Positions 1-10,294 of a DNA stretch of 64,000 nucleotides are shown piece after piece (position 1 is the first letter of the stretch; each line of letters opens with the position of its first letter). A program made the position numbers and the translations under genes. The stretch lies in IMG/VR virus record IMGVR_UViG_3300025840_000013; one strand, 5' to 3'. Below the pieces are notes generated by a model. The model had not been told where the DNA came from, made no database searches, and was given only the letters and a program-made list of their open reading frames with translations. This DNA comes from a virus.

Positions 1-2
1 TG

Positions 3-1829
3 TCTAGTATTCTCGACATACTAACATATAATACTTATTACAATTCATATTATATGAACATGATCGCAAACGAAAGTTTTTTAGATACTGCAAGAATTCG
101 TGAGAATGTTGTATCCAAGGCAAAGTTATTGGGTTATACTCCACGTTCTAATAAGTCTGCGACTGCATTGGTTGCAGTAACATTTAAGATTATTAGAAAG
201 AATAGACAAGAAAGAGATTATCAATATAACACATTAAGAATCGATAGACAACTTGCATTTTCTACTTCTATTGATAACGAATCTTATATTTTTGTTCCGA
301 AGGTTTCTAGGTCAATTACAAGGTCACGCTCTGCAGCAGAACCAGATGGTTCAAGGGCTCATTACTATACTATAAACGATTTAGAATTGTTTCAAGGACA
401 ACAAGTGGAAGAAAAGTTTGTTGTTGATATTAACAATCCAAACCAAAAATTTATTTTATCTAACGAAAATGTAGATACTGGCACTATTCAAGTTCTAGTA
501 CAGGCAAGTGCAGACGATGATGTTGTTTCTGAATTTAATTTAGCAACTGATACTACACAACTTTCGGATATTTCTAAAACATATTTTCTTCAAGAATCGA
601 GAGATATGAAGTATGAAATATTTTTTGGAGATGGTGTTCTTGGGGACGAAGTAGAAAATGGTAATATAATTACAGTTCGTTATATTACGACAAAGGGTGC
701 TAATGGAAATGGTATTACTGGAAGACTTACTGCAGTTGCACTGCCTAAAGGTGTAATTGTTGACACCGAAAATGTTCAGATTATTGGTGAGAGTTATGGT
801 GGTGCCGACAGAGAAGATATTGAGTCTATTAAATTTTTTGCACCAAGAACATTCGAAAGTCAAAATAGAGCAGTTACTGCCAGAGACTATAAAGCGATTG
901 TTCCACAAATTTATCCAGAGGTAGACACGATGAATGTTTGGGGTGGAGAAGATAATGACCCTCCTGCATATGGTTCTGTGTTTATGTCTATTAAACCAAA
1001 TACTGGATTGATTCTTTCCACTCAAGAAAAACAATATATTTTGAATCAGTTGAAAAGTAATTATTCAGTTCTTACTCTTTCGCCTCAAATTATCGACCCC
1101 GACTATTTAAAATTGAAGATAACTACAAATGTAAAGTATAATGATGAGTCAACCTTATTGGACGAATCGGCACTAAAAGAATCTGTAAGGCAAAATATCA
1201 TTTCTTATAATAATGAGTTTCTAAACGAATTTAATAGTTATTTTAGATATTCGCAGTTCTTGTCTACCATTGATAAAACTGATGATTCTGTTACAAATAA
1301 CATAACAGAAGTTTTGATGATTAATGAAAAAACACCAGTATATAATGGTGTTGCATCATATACATTCAATTTTAATAATGCAATACGTCCTAATAGTTTG
1401 TATTCTAATGCATTTACTATTGCTGGATTAAGTGACCCTCATTATATTGAAGATGACGGATTGGGTGGATTGAGAATATACACATTAACTCCATTATTCG
1501 CTAGAAAATATAATAATGTTTTGGGTGGAACTATTAACTATGGAACTGGTAAAGTTGTTTTGAATGATATTCAGATTACAGGCATTGTTGGCTCAACCGT
1601 TTTAGGTTTGGTTGCAGAACCAGAATCTAATGATATATTTCCTGTTCGTAATCAAATTATCTTTATTGATTATGACGAACTTGATATTGTAATGATGCCT
1701 GATACAGATGAATTTAATGAGAACTACGATATCTCTTCACAGAGAGTTGTTGTCACTAGATCACTTAGAACAACATATAATACATCACAGGCAAGTATTA
1801 CAAATGTAATATCTGATACTACAACATAA
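3..1829 (+). CDS. gp6: T4-like baseplate wedge subunit gp6 (5'-truncated by the window)
   Basis: The frame is open from position 3 (SSILDILTYNTYYNSYYMNMIANESFLDTA), so the ATG at 54 is internal. gp6 motifs: NESFLDTA..RENVVS.AK.LGY.PRS, YEIFFGDGVLG, ESIKFFAPRTFESQNRAVTARDY, VWGGEDNDPPAYGSVF.SIKP, GTINY.TG.V. Confidence 0.95.
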   Translation, partial: SSILDILTYNTYYNSYYMNMIANESFLDTARIRENVVSKAKLLGYTPRSNKSATALVAVTFKIIRKNRQERDYQYNTLRIDRQLAFSTSIDNESYIFVPKVSRSITRSRSAAEPDGSRAHYYTINDLELFQGQQVEEKFVVDINNPNQKFILSNENVDTGTIQVLVQASADDDVVSEFNLATDTTQLSDISKTYFLQESRDMKYEIFFGDGVLGDEVENGNIITVRYITTKGANGNGITGRLTAVALPKGVIVDTENVQIIGESYGGADREDIESIKFFAPRTFESQNRAVTARDYKAIVPQIYPEVDTMNVWGGEDNDPPAYGSVFMSIKPNTGLILSTQEKQYILNQLKSNYSVLTLSPQIIDPDYLKLKITTNVKYNDESTLLDESALKESVRQNIISYNNEFLNEFNSYFRYSQFLSTIDKTDDSVTNNITEVLMINEKTPVYNGVASYTFNFNNAIRPNSLYSNAFTIAGLSDPHYIEDDGLGGLRIYTLTPLFARKYNNVLGGTINYGTGKVVLNDIQITGIVGSTVLGLVAEPESNDIFPVRNQIIFIDYDELDIVMMPDTDEFNENYDISSQRVVVTRSLRTTYNTSQASITNVISDTTT

Positions 1830-1848
1830 CAAGCAGAAGTTAAATTAA

Positions 1849-4800
1849 ATGGATAGAACTAATTTACAAAATATTGCATCTAGGATAAGAGAACAACTTC
1901 CTACTTATTTAAACAGTAGTGAATATGATAACTTTGTTCGTTTTTTAGAACTGTATTATGAATGGTTGGCACTAGATGACAATGTTAGTAATGTCACTGG
2001 AAAAATTACTTCACTTACAGACTTAGACGAAACTTTTGATGTTTTTGTTCAAGAGTTTAAGTCTGAACTTGCTGGCGCATGGCCAACCATTACCAAGATT
2101 AAGACAAATACTCAAATTGCAACTGAAATTTTGCAAGAATTAAACAATGGCGATGATGCAGAAACATCTATAGATACTACTGCTGACCAAGAATTTTTTA
2201 CTGACGGTGTTTCTGCAAAATATGTAATGGATTATTTTAATCCCTTTTATTATTTCTCAGATCAAGATGTAGACACAAAAGTTACTAAGATACGAGTCTT
2301 TATAAATGATGTCAATTTTGCTGGAAGAGTTGGGGAATCTTTAAGTGATGTTGTAGATAATTTAACACCCCCAAATGATGACCCAACAGGAAGCACTGGT
2401 GATTGGGTTGAATTAATTGAGGGAGTTGATTATAGACTTTTAGAAAACTCTATTATTTTTCAAGATGAAAATAACGATCCGATTGTTCATGATAATCGTG
2501 ATATTATAAAAATAAGATTTTATTTGAGAACTTTTATAAGTCCTACTGCAGACGTAGATACTGAATCTGCAATCCAAAAATTAGTAGAAGAAAGTGGAAA
2601 AGAAAAAACCAGATATACTAATGAAAGAAACTTTTTAAAGTTAATTAATAAGTTCTATAAACAAAAGGGCAGCGAAAGTTCCTATAAATTTTTGTTTAGG
2701 GCACTGTTTAATGAAGATATAGAAATATATTACCCAAAAGAAAACTTGTTAAAACCAAGTTCTAATACTTGGCAAACACTAACAAGTCTTAGGACTGTTC
2801 CGTATGAAGGCCCAATTAAGATCAATCAACCACTGTTCATTGAAGGTGAGTCTAGTGGTGCCTCAGCAAATATTGAATATTTCAATGATTATACTTTAGG
2901 TGATTATAAAGTTCGTGAATATGTAATTAGTTCTATCAATGGTGAGTTTTCTAGTAAAGAAACTGTAAAAATAAAACAAATAGATTCATCCATTTATGAA
3001 GAAAGTTTATATGAATGTGTCGTAGGATTTGAAATAGAAAATCCTGGCGAAGATATGCCACGAAATTTGACACTGCAAAATAATTTATCTTCAAATGGTA
3101 GTGGTTATGGTTTTGCTGCAAAAATCGCACACACTTCTTTCGGCCCAGTTGAAAATATCAAAATTGTTAATAATGGAGATCAGTATATTACTGGCGAAAC
3201 AATTGAGTTTCAAAATGGCAACACATTGGGTTCATATGCTATTGGTCAAATTAGTTCTATTCAATCCGTTAAAAATAATTTTAGTGTTTCATTCTTTCAA
3301 AACCCAGAAAGTTTAGAATATCCAGTCATGTCATTTGATATTGGACTTTCGGGGTTTGATTTTGGCCCTAGAGCACAAAATCCATCAGTTACGATTGAAA
3401 ACATAGATTATCTCTATGATGATGTTTTTTATCTATACGATTATGAAGACATCTATAATAGAAAAATTACACATCAGGTCCAAACGTTTTTTGCCGCCGT
3501 CAAAGATTATAAGACTGGGGAGTTAAGTTCTACTTATAGAAGTTCTATAACTCCAGTCGAAGAACCACCATTTATAATTACAAATTTAAATGAAGGTGAT
3601 CCCACAGAATATAGATTAAGAACAGACTTGGAGTTTCAAGTTACATCTGTAAATGAATTTGGTGGTATTACTGGAGTTTCAATTACAAATAACTTAGCAA
3701 GTCCAACCAATGTTTTCCCACAGATTGCGGATGTAAGAAACCAAACTGCAACCTATCATCAAGGTAGAGGTGTAGGTGCGTTGTTTGATGTTGCATATCT
3801 TGATAATGTAATAACTTCTGTCACTTTAGGGAGTCAAGAAACTTCTAAACATTATGTCCCTGGCGATTTTATTAAAATTGACGGCGAACAATTTTTTAAT
3901 GGTGTGTCGGGTGTTCATGATATCTTTATAAAAGTATTGACTGTTACAGGTGGTTCGGCATATTTAAATCTAGACGCATCTTCATATACTACAACTTCTA
4001 GAATTGGTACAGGCGCTGTGTGGGATATTGATACAGACGAACCCAGTTATCCCCAAAACCTTTCTGTTCTTTTGAGTGATGCAAATGCACAAGGAGTTTT
4101 ATCACCAACTACAAATTATATCGTTGGGGATAAGTTTACAATTTTAGGTTCTGTTGTTGGTGGTACGGATGGAGAGAATGATGTAACAATTACCGTAACA
4201 GAAGTCAACGATGAAGGACGAATCGAAGATTTTGAAGTTTTTGCAAATCCAATCACTGGACATATATCAACATTTGAAGTTTTAAATCCAACAACTCCGA
4301 TGCCAGATGGATATTCATATTACTACGCACCACAATATACCGCTTCTACTCAAAATGGCGGAACTTCTGGAACAGGTGCAATATTTAATTTCATTAGAAG
4401 AGATGGGACAACATATTATGTAACAAATCCTGCGTCAAGATTTAATGGAATTAACTATTCCGTTGGCGATTCAATTACAATAATTGGTAGTGAATTGGGG
4501 GGTGTTGATGGAATTAACGATCTAGTTTTTGATGTAATTAAGATTGACGACAATGGTGGTATATTGCAGATTGGAAATATTAGTGGAACTGCTATTAATT
4601 CATCGCCAGAAAATCTAAACAAGAATGATAATTTAGTTAGTGTTATGTCTAATGGTTATGGTGCAACCTTTGATGTTAATATTAATAACGGAGTATATAC
4701 TGTTACGCCAAATCAACCAGGCGCCAATTATCTTGTAGGACAAAATTTTAAGATTAAAGGTTATAAGTTAGCACACCAATACTTAAAAGAAGGATTTAAA

Positions 4801-7800
4801 GCAGGACTTGCAAAGGTTGGGGAACATGCATTATACACAGATTATGGATGGTTGAGAAGTGATAACATCGATCTAAAATTTGATGTCGAGTTAACCAACA
4901 AAGAACTAACAATCGACTTTTGGTATTTTAGAAAATCTATTTCTATTACAGATATAGATTCGCCCGGCGGCGTTATTTTTGCAATCAACAGTGAAGATGG
5001 TGGTACTCAACATTTAACCCTTTGGCAAAATTATGATGGTACAATTGATTTAATTGATTCTTCTGGAAATGTACTTGGTGCAAGATCAGTTCCGTTTGGA
5101 GAGTGGAATCATATAGCGGTTTATTTTTCTAACGATGGAACTTCTATCTATTTGAATGGACTATTAGAAAATACAATTCCTGGCGTCAATATGTTAAATT
5201 ATAGTACAAACTCAAATTTCTATATTGGTGCAAGACAGATTGTAGATGGAAATTCTTTAGTAATTATGAATGATTATACTCTTGGTTTCTTTGGTGCATT
5301 CAGAATGACTAAAGGACAAAGATATGTTGCTAATTATGAATCTAATATTACTTTAGAAGGAGATCCTGCAGCAGTCGAGGCGGCATTTGATGATTGGTAT
5401 AGATTTTCACATTCTGGTGCATCATCATACCAAGCAATCCCCAGCGACTTGTCTGCATGGATTTATAACTCTAGTACAAATAGTATTGAATGTACCGCAA
5501 ACACAGGTAGTTTTACTGGTTTTATTGGCTCAACTCCTGCAACAAACTTAGAATTTGAATCCGTCATGTCAAGTACTTCATCAGATGATGATACACTTGC
5601 GCTTATAGTTGGATTTGTGACTAATGGATTACAACCTACAGACGCTGGATATAAAGAATATACTTTAAGTGCGGTCAGAAATATGGGCGGAACTACTCCT
5701 AATGTTGGTTGGGGAATAGTATATAATTATCTACAAGATGATCAGATTGTTCTTCAAACATCTAATGTACCGTTTATTTCTGGTGGATGGAGTGCAAATG
5801 GTGCTACAAAAGTAAAAGTAATAAAAAATGGTGCCAGTGTATATGCAACTACTTCCCAGAATGGGTCAACTTCTTTAGATTCTTCAACTACACTTTATGT
5901 TGATTTGAGTACAAACCCAGTCTTAAATAAATTTGAAGGTGCAATTCAGTGGGGTTTTGGCGCACACAGTCAAGATGCTGCGAACTTCTCATTGTTAGAT
6001 GCATCGGGTTCTTCTACTGGTGTTTTAGTAGAAGATAAGGGAACCCAGAACCCTGTTTCTGGTAATGGAATAAGTCCAGAACATGTCAATCCTATTCCCT
6101 TTAAACAAGATATTAGACAGTCATCAAGATATCTAGAAAGAGTTGACGCCGTTGGAGGCGAAACAGTTATTGAATTATTCTATGACAGTAATTCTGCAGT
6201 GAGAATATTCAAAGTTACAGATAGTATTATCACTCCAGAAAACATTCCAGATGCATTCCCAACAAATCCTATAGAACGGTTGGTATGGGAATGGGCGGAT
6301 AATTATTATATCTGGATTGATGGTGCATGGAAAAACTATGTTGAACTTGACCCATCAGAGTATAATGCAACAACAGGTACTGCGATAACCTTTACTAATC
6401 CGTTAGTTGCTGGTGATATTATAATGATTAGATATTATGGTGCTTTGTCGGACAAGCTTGAATATGTGATATTCAATAGTGAATCTTTAGTAGAACCAAA
6501 TAAAATCAGATTGAGAAGGTGGGTAGATAATCCTCAAACTCTTGATGACACTATGGCGCAATATCAATTGCCTGATGCCCATACACTGACTGTTGGATGG
6601 GAAGAAATTCCAAAGTCTGGTATTGAGACTACTAGACTTATTACAGGTGGTGAGGGTTACATTAGATATCCATATGGAAATGTTGCGAGGGAAACATTGT
6701 CGTATACTTCTACTGGTAGAAGTGGAGTTTTGCGAGGACTTGGAAAAGATATTGGTAAAATTAATAGACTAGAAATATACGCAAATCCATTTAGAGAAGA
6801 TTTTGACGGATTTGGAGTTGGATATGATACTCCACCAGAAATTGACTTGAGTAATTATGGTAATGGACAGGCATCTATTAAAGTACTAACTGGGCCTCTA
6901 TGTGTTCGTGATGGTGTTTATGTCAACCAACAAGGATTTATTTCAGATGATAATCGTATTCATGATGGTTATCTGTGGCAGGATTATTCTTATGTTGTAA
7001 AAGTAAACAGATATATTGATGAGTGGAGAAGAATCGTTAAGAAGATTATTCACCCCGCTGGTTTGATGATGTTTGGAGAATTTACTACTCTAACTAAGGC
7101 CTCTGTAAGAAAAGGACTTGGGGTTGCATATCGTGAACTCATGTTCGAAATTATTAAAAATGTTAATTTGAGAATGCGTAATATGGATGGTAGTGGAAGT
7201 TGGACATATGCTACTGCCCAACAAACTGATATCAACGATTTGAATTCTCATGGTTATTATTTTGTGTATGATAATCGTCAACTTAGTATTGACAGTGAAA
7301 TTGATGGCCTTTATCAAGGTGTAGGAACTGGAGAAATATCTGATGATACAGTTGGTGCAGCAACGGTAGATAGTGGGTCTGGTAGATATGCATTATTAGA
7401 TGAAAATGGAAATAATGCTTTGCGCTGGGAAGATGTAAAGAAAATCGCAATTAACTACAAAGATGCATATGGAAAAGATTATGGACACTATTGGTCGTCT
7501 AAAATACTTGGTAATACATTTACAATATATGATACATCTGATGAGAGTATGACTAATGATGAATGGATAAATGTAAGGCCTTGGGCAAAGTATGTTGTAG
7601 AGAGTGTAGAACTAGATCCTGATTATCTTGACAGAATTGCAGTTTTTGATGTGAAGATTATTCAGTCTTATAGAGAACTTCCTTCTACTGCTCCTCAGAA
7701 TAGAGTTGAGTTTAGATGGGACAACATTTGGCGTGGGAATGTAAACAGACAACCAAACTATTGGGTTGGTGCTATTGCAGATGGTGCAAATCCAAGAGAT

Positions 7801-8514
7801 GAAAAAATGGTGATAAATATAACAGGTAAGTATATGTTCTACAAAAACTATACTGGTGACCTGCCGACATTACACACCACATACAGGTCACTAGAAAGGT
7901 TTAAGTTTTACTTTACTTCCAGATTCCCTTGGGAAAGGTTGAGACCATTACTGTTTAGTCCTCAGAGAGAAATGGATAATTCTCCATATCTGATAAAACG
8001 ACCAATTGTAAATGGAAATGGATTGACTCATATTCCCGCAAAGGCAGAAGGCCTTGGGATTTGGTATCACTTACCAGTGGATGCAACAGATAATGATTGG
8101 ATTGCAAATACAGACGGAACAGATCATAATTGGAGAAATACTGTAATTGAAGATGTTGTAAAACTTGCAGATAACAAATATCGTGCGGTTTTAGATTCGT
8201 TTATTAATATTACACCTGTATTCTTGATAATGAGTGAGGAAGAACCAGATGTCCCGACTAGAAAAAGACTGGGGCCTACAAATTTAACAATTGAGAGAAT
8301 AAAATTTAATGATAGATTACAATCAGGACTTGATTATAATGTAGATAGAGTTGACTATGACGAAAATTTATTAGACTTGAATACTTTTATAAAGTATCAA
8401 GCAGAACACATTCATGATAAGTCAAATGTCGCACCAGAATCATCTATTGTACTGTATAATACGAATCCAACAACAATTGAAGAATTAAATCAACAGATTG
8501 TTCTGAAAGACTAA
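1849..8514 (+). CDS. gp7: baseplate wedge initiator gp7-like protein, 2221 aa, with inserted repeat, LamG and lectin-like domains
   Basis: Lies between gp6 and gp8. N-terminal FVRFLELYYEWL and FYKQKGSESSYKFLFRALFNEDIEIYYP; C-terminal IHDGYLWQDYSYVVK...W..IVKKIIHPAGLMMFGE, typical of cyanophage-type gp7. Four G.GA.F.V...NY.VGD.I.I.G repeats (~3765-4760) and a LamG-like segment (TIDFW, WNHIAV, IYLNG, FYIGA; ~4900-5330). Confidence 0.88.
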   Translation: MDRTNLQNIASRIREQLPTYLNSSEYDNFVRFLELYYEWLALDDNVSNVTGKITSLTDLDETFDVFVQEFKSELAGAWPTITKIKTNTQIATEILQELNNGDDAETSIDTTADQEFFTDGVSAKYVMDYFNPFYYFSDQDVDTKVTKIRVFINDVNFAGRVGESLSDVVDNLTPPNDDPTGSTGDWVELIEGVDYRLLENSIIFQDENNDPIVHDNRDIIKIRFYLRTFISPTADVDTESAIQKLVEESGKEKTRYTNERNFLKLINKFYKQKGSESSYKFLFRALFNEDIEIYYPKENLLKPSSNTWQTLTSLRTVPYEGPIKINQPLFIEGESSGASANIEYFNDYTLGDYKVREYVISSINGEFSSKETVKIKQIDSSIYEESLYECVVGFEIENPGEDMPRNLTLQNNLSSNGSGYGFAAKIAHTSFGPVENIKIVNNGDQYITGETIEFQNGNTLGSYAIGQISSIQSVKNNFSVSFFQNPESLEYPVMSFDIGLSGFDFGPRAQNPSVTIENIDYLYDDVFYLYDYEDIYNRKITHQVQTFFAAVKDYKTGELSSTYRSSITPVEEPPFIITNLNEGDPTEYRLRTDLEFQVTSVNEFGGITGVSITNNLASPTNVFPQIADVRNQTATYHQGRGVGALFDVAYLDNVITSVTLGSQETSKHYVPGDFIKIDGEQFFNGVSGVHDIFIKVLTVTGGSAYLNLDASSYTTTSRIGTGAVWDIDTDEPSYPQNLSVLLSDANAQGVLSPTTNYIVGDKFTILGSVVGGTDGENDVTITVTEVNDEGRIEDFEVFANPITGHISTFEVLNPTTPMPDGYSYYYAPQYTASTQNGGTSGTGAIFNFIRRDGTTYYVTNPASRFNGINYSVGDSITIIGSELGGVDGINDLVFDVIKIDDNGGILQIGNISGTAINSSPENLNKNDNLVSVMSNGYGATFDVNINNGVYTVTPNQPGANYLVGQNFKIKGYKLAHQYLKEGFKAGLAKVGEHALYTDYGWLRSDNIDLKFDVELTNKELTIDFWYFRKSISITDIDSPGGVIFAINSEDGGTQHLTLWQNYDGTIDLIDSSGNVLGARSVPFGEWNHIAVYFSNDGTSIYLNGLLENTIPGVNMLNYSTNSNFYIGARQIVDGNSLVIMNDYTLGFFGAFRMTKGQRYVANYESNITLEGDPAAVEAAFDDWYRFSHSGASSYQAIPSDLSAWIYNSSTNSIECTANTGSFTGFIGSTPATNLEFESVMSSTSSDDDTLALIVGFVTNGLQPTDAGYKEYTLSAVRNMGGTTPNVGWGIVYNYLQDDQIVLQTSNVPFISGGWSANGATKVKVIKNGASVYATTSQNGSTSLDSSTTLYVDLSTNPVLNKFEGAIQWGFGAHSQDAANFSLLDASGSSTGVLVEDKGTQNPVSGNGISPEHVNPIPFKQDIRQSSRYLERVDAVGGETVIELFYDSNSAVRIFKVTDSIITPENIPDAFPTNPIERLVWEWADNYYIWIDGAWKNYVELDPSEYNATTGTAITFTNPLVAGDIIMIRYYGALSDKLEYVIFNSESLVEPNKIRLRRWVDNPQTLDDTMAQYQLPDAHTLTVGWEEIPKSGIETTRLITGGEGYIRYPYGNVARETLSYTSTGRSGVLRGLGKDIGKINRLEIYANPFREDFDGFGVGYDTPPEIDLSNYGNGQASIKVLTGPLCVRDGVYVNQQGFISDDNRIHDGYLWQDYSYVVKVNRYIDEWRRIVKKIIHPAGLMMFGEFTTLTKASVRKGLGVAYRELMFEIIKNVNLRMRNMDGSGSWTYATAQQTDINDLNSHGYYFVYDNRQLSIDSEIDGLYQGVGTGEISDDTVGAATVDSGSGRYALLDENGNNALRWEDVKKIAINYKDAYGKDYGHYWSSKILGNTFTIYDTSDESMTNDEWINVRPWAKYVVESVELDPDYLDRIAVFDVKIIQSYRELPSTAPQNRVEFRWDNIWRGNVNRQPNYWVGAIADGANPRDEKMVINITGKYMFYKNYTGDLPTLHTTYRSLERFKFYFTSRFPWERLRPLLFSPQREMDNSPYLIKRPIVNGNGLTHIPAKAEGLGIWYHLPVDATDNDWIANTDGTDHNWRNTVIEDVVKLADNKYRAVLDSFINITPVFLIMSEEEPDVPTRKRLGPTNLTIERIKFNDRLQSGLDYNVDRVDYDENLLDLNTFIKYQAEHIHDKSNVAPESSIVLYNTNPTTIEELNQQIVLKD

Positions 8515-8523
8515 AAAATAAAT

Positions 8524-8531
8524 TATAAATA
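8524..8531 (+). promoter_or_regulatory. T4-type late promoter (gp55 sigma)
   Basis: Exact TATAAATA in the intergenic gap, 35 nt upstream of the gp8 ATG. Confidence 0.85.
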
Positions 8532-8565
8532 GTATTAAAATTCATGACACTAAAAAGGTAAAAAA

Positions 8566-10260
8566 ATGGCAGCGATTATTACAAACAAATTAAGAATTTT
8601 CAATGCAATGGAATTCTTGCAATCAATTAACAGATCCGCACCTAATTGGAAACCTAACAATACCTATGCAGAAGGTGATGTTGTGGTCAACAACCAGAAC
8701 TCATTTATTGCACTAGGAAATATTAGTGGTTCTTCCACAAGTGGTGTTTCTGCTGGTGATGGGGATGGCCCAGCACCAGATACTCTCCAAGATGGTACTG
8801 TACAGTGGGCCCATCAAGGACAATCGGTTTACAATATGCTTTATATGGCAATTGGTAAACAAACTCCTTGGTTAAATGATTCAAACCCACCGACACCAGA
8901 AGATTCAATTGGTTACTCATATAGATTTAAGTACGATACAATTGCACTTAAGAAAGTCAATTACAGTGATATGACTCTTGCAATTCCAAGAATCAACTGG
9001 ACTTCTGGTAGAGTATATACTATGTACGAACATGATAACCCAGAAGAAATTATTCCAAATGGATATGTGATTGTTGCATCTGGAAATCAATTTAATGTTT
9101 ATAAGTGTATTAATAACCAAAAATATGATGCTGCTGCCCAAACAGTGACTACAGTTGCTTCAACAGTCCAACCATCAACTACTGGAACAGAAATTGAAGA
9201 GACTGTAGATGGTTATAAGTGGAAGTTTATGTATGCAATCGATCTTCAAGATTCTCTTAAATTCTTGACAAAAGATTATATTCCAGTTAAAAATCTTCTA
9301 GAAGATCCAGTTGCACCTGGCACCGCCGCTCAGGTACAGTGGGACATCAAACAAGCCGCATCTCAACCAAATCCTGGCCAAATTGAACATGTAAAAATTA
9401 TGCCAAACGAAGAGGGTGGTGCGATTGGTGGAGGATTGGGTTATCATCCAAACATTCAACAAACAGCCTCTGTTACACTAACTGGTAATCAAGTTACCAT
9501 CGCCGGTGTTGACGGTGCGACAGATTATACTGGTTATGATTTAGTAGACCTTGGAAATCAGGAACAGTTTAGAATTACAAACTGGAGTCTTTCTGGTACA
9601 ACTGCAACTGCAAATGTAAACGGTTCTTTTACTGGTGGTGCTGGTAGAGATATTCTTATTGCGCCCGGCGTTAATATTTCTGGTAATGGTTCTTCTTTCA
9701 GTGCATATGGACTTGTCGTAGACCAAAGAATTGAAAAAATTGTTATCACCAGTACTGGTGCAAATTGGTCTGCTGTAGACAACGCAACCGTTGATGTTAA
9801 TAATGTTCCAGCATACAATTTCGATGGAACATTGAATGTAAATGCATGTAAAGTAAAACCAATTGTTTCCCCAGAAAATGGACATGGATTTAATCCTGTA
9901 GAAGAATTGGGTGGTTATTATGTAATGACTGCAATAAAACTTGAATATGACGAACAGTCTACAAGAGAAAATTCTTTGGGGAGTTTGGAAACTAAGATTA
10001 TGTTTCCTGTCGAAAATTCTGAAGCACAGTTTAGACAGATTGCTATTGTCGCTGATCCCGATGCACAGACTCAGGGTGGGTCGACTCCTGCAAACGAAGA
10101 GTCATATAGAGGCCCACAGCACCCAGATTTTGGTTCTGCAGATGAAGAAACATTTGATATCGTAACTGGTACAGGTAAAGTTCTCTACATTGAAAACCGA
10201 CAGCCCGTTTCTAGAGCCATTGATCAAATTGAAGATATTAAAGTAGTATTTGAATTCTAA
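8566..10260 (+). CDS. gp8: baseplate wedge subunit gp8
   Basis: MAAIITNKLRIFNA, PRINWTSG..Y.MY, VYKCINN, DGYKWKFMY, KFLTKDYIPV, GHGFNPVEELGG, FRQIAIV.DP, GKVLYIENRQPVSRAIDQIEDIKVVFEF are all gp8 hallmarks. Confidence 0.95.
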   Translation: MAAIITNKLRIFNAMEFLQSINRSAPNWKPNNTYAEGDVVVNNQNSFIALGNISGSSTSGVSAGDGDGPAPDTLQDGTVQWAHQGQSVYNMLYMAIGKQTPWLNDSNPPTPEDSIGYSYRFKYDTIALKKVNYSDMTLAIPRINWTSGRVYTMYEHDNPEEIIPNGYVIVASGNQFNVYKCINNQKYDAAAQTVTTVASTVQPSTTGTEIEETVDGYKWKFMYAIDLQDSLKFLTKDYIPVKNLLEDPVAPGTAAQVQWDIKQAASQPNPGQIEHVKIMPNEEGGAIGGGLGYHPNIQQTASVTLTGNQVTIAGVDGATDYTGYDLVDLGNQEQFRITNWSLSGTTATANVNGSFTGGAGRDILIAPGVNISGNGSSFSAYGLVVDQRIEKIVITSTGANWSAVDNATVDVNNVPAYNFDGTLNVNACKVKPIVSPENGHGFNPVEELGGYYVMTAIKLEYDEQSTRENSLGSLETKIMFPVENSEAQFRQIAIVADPDAQTQGGSTPANEESYRGPQHPDFGSADEETFDIVTGTGKVLYIENRQPVSRAIDQIEDIKVVFEF

Positions 10261-10294
10261 TTAAAATAAAAAACCAGTTGAGAGAAGAAGACAC

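Noticed and set aside
54-56. ATG at 54 as the gp6 start
   Set aside because: The frame is open upstream with conserved gp6 sequence, so the gene starts before the window.
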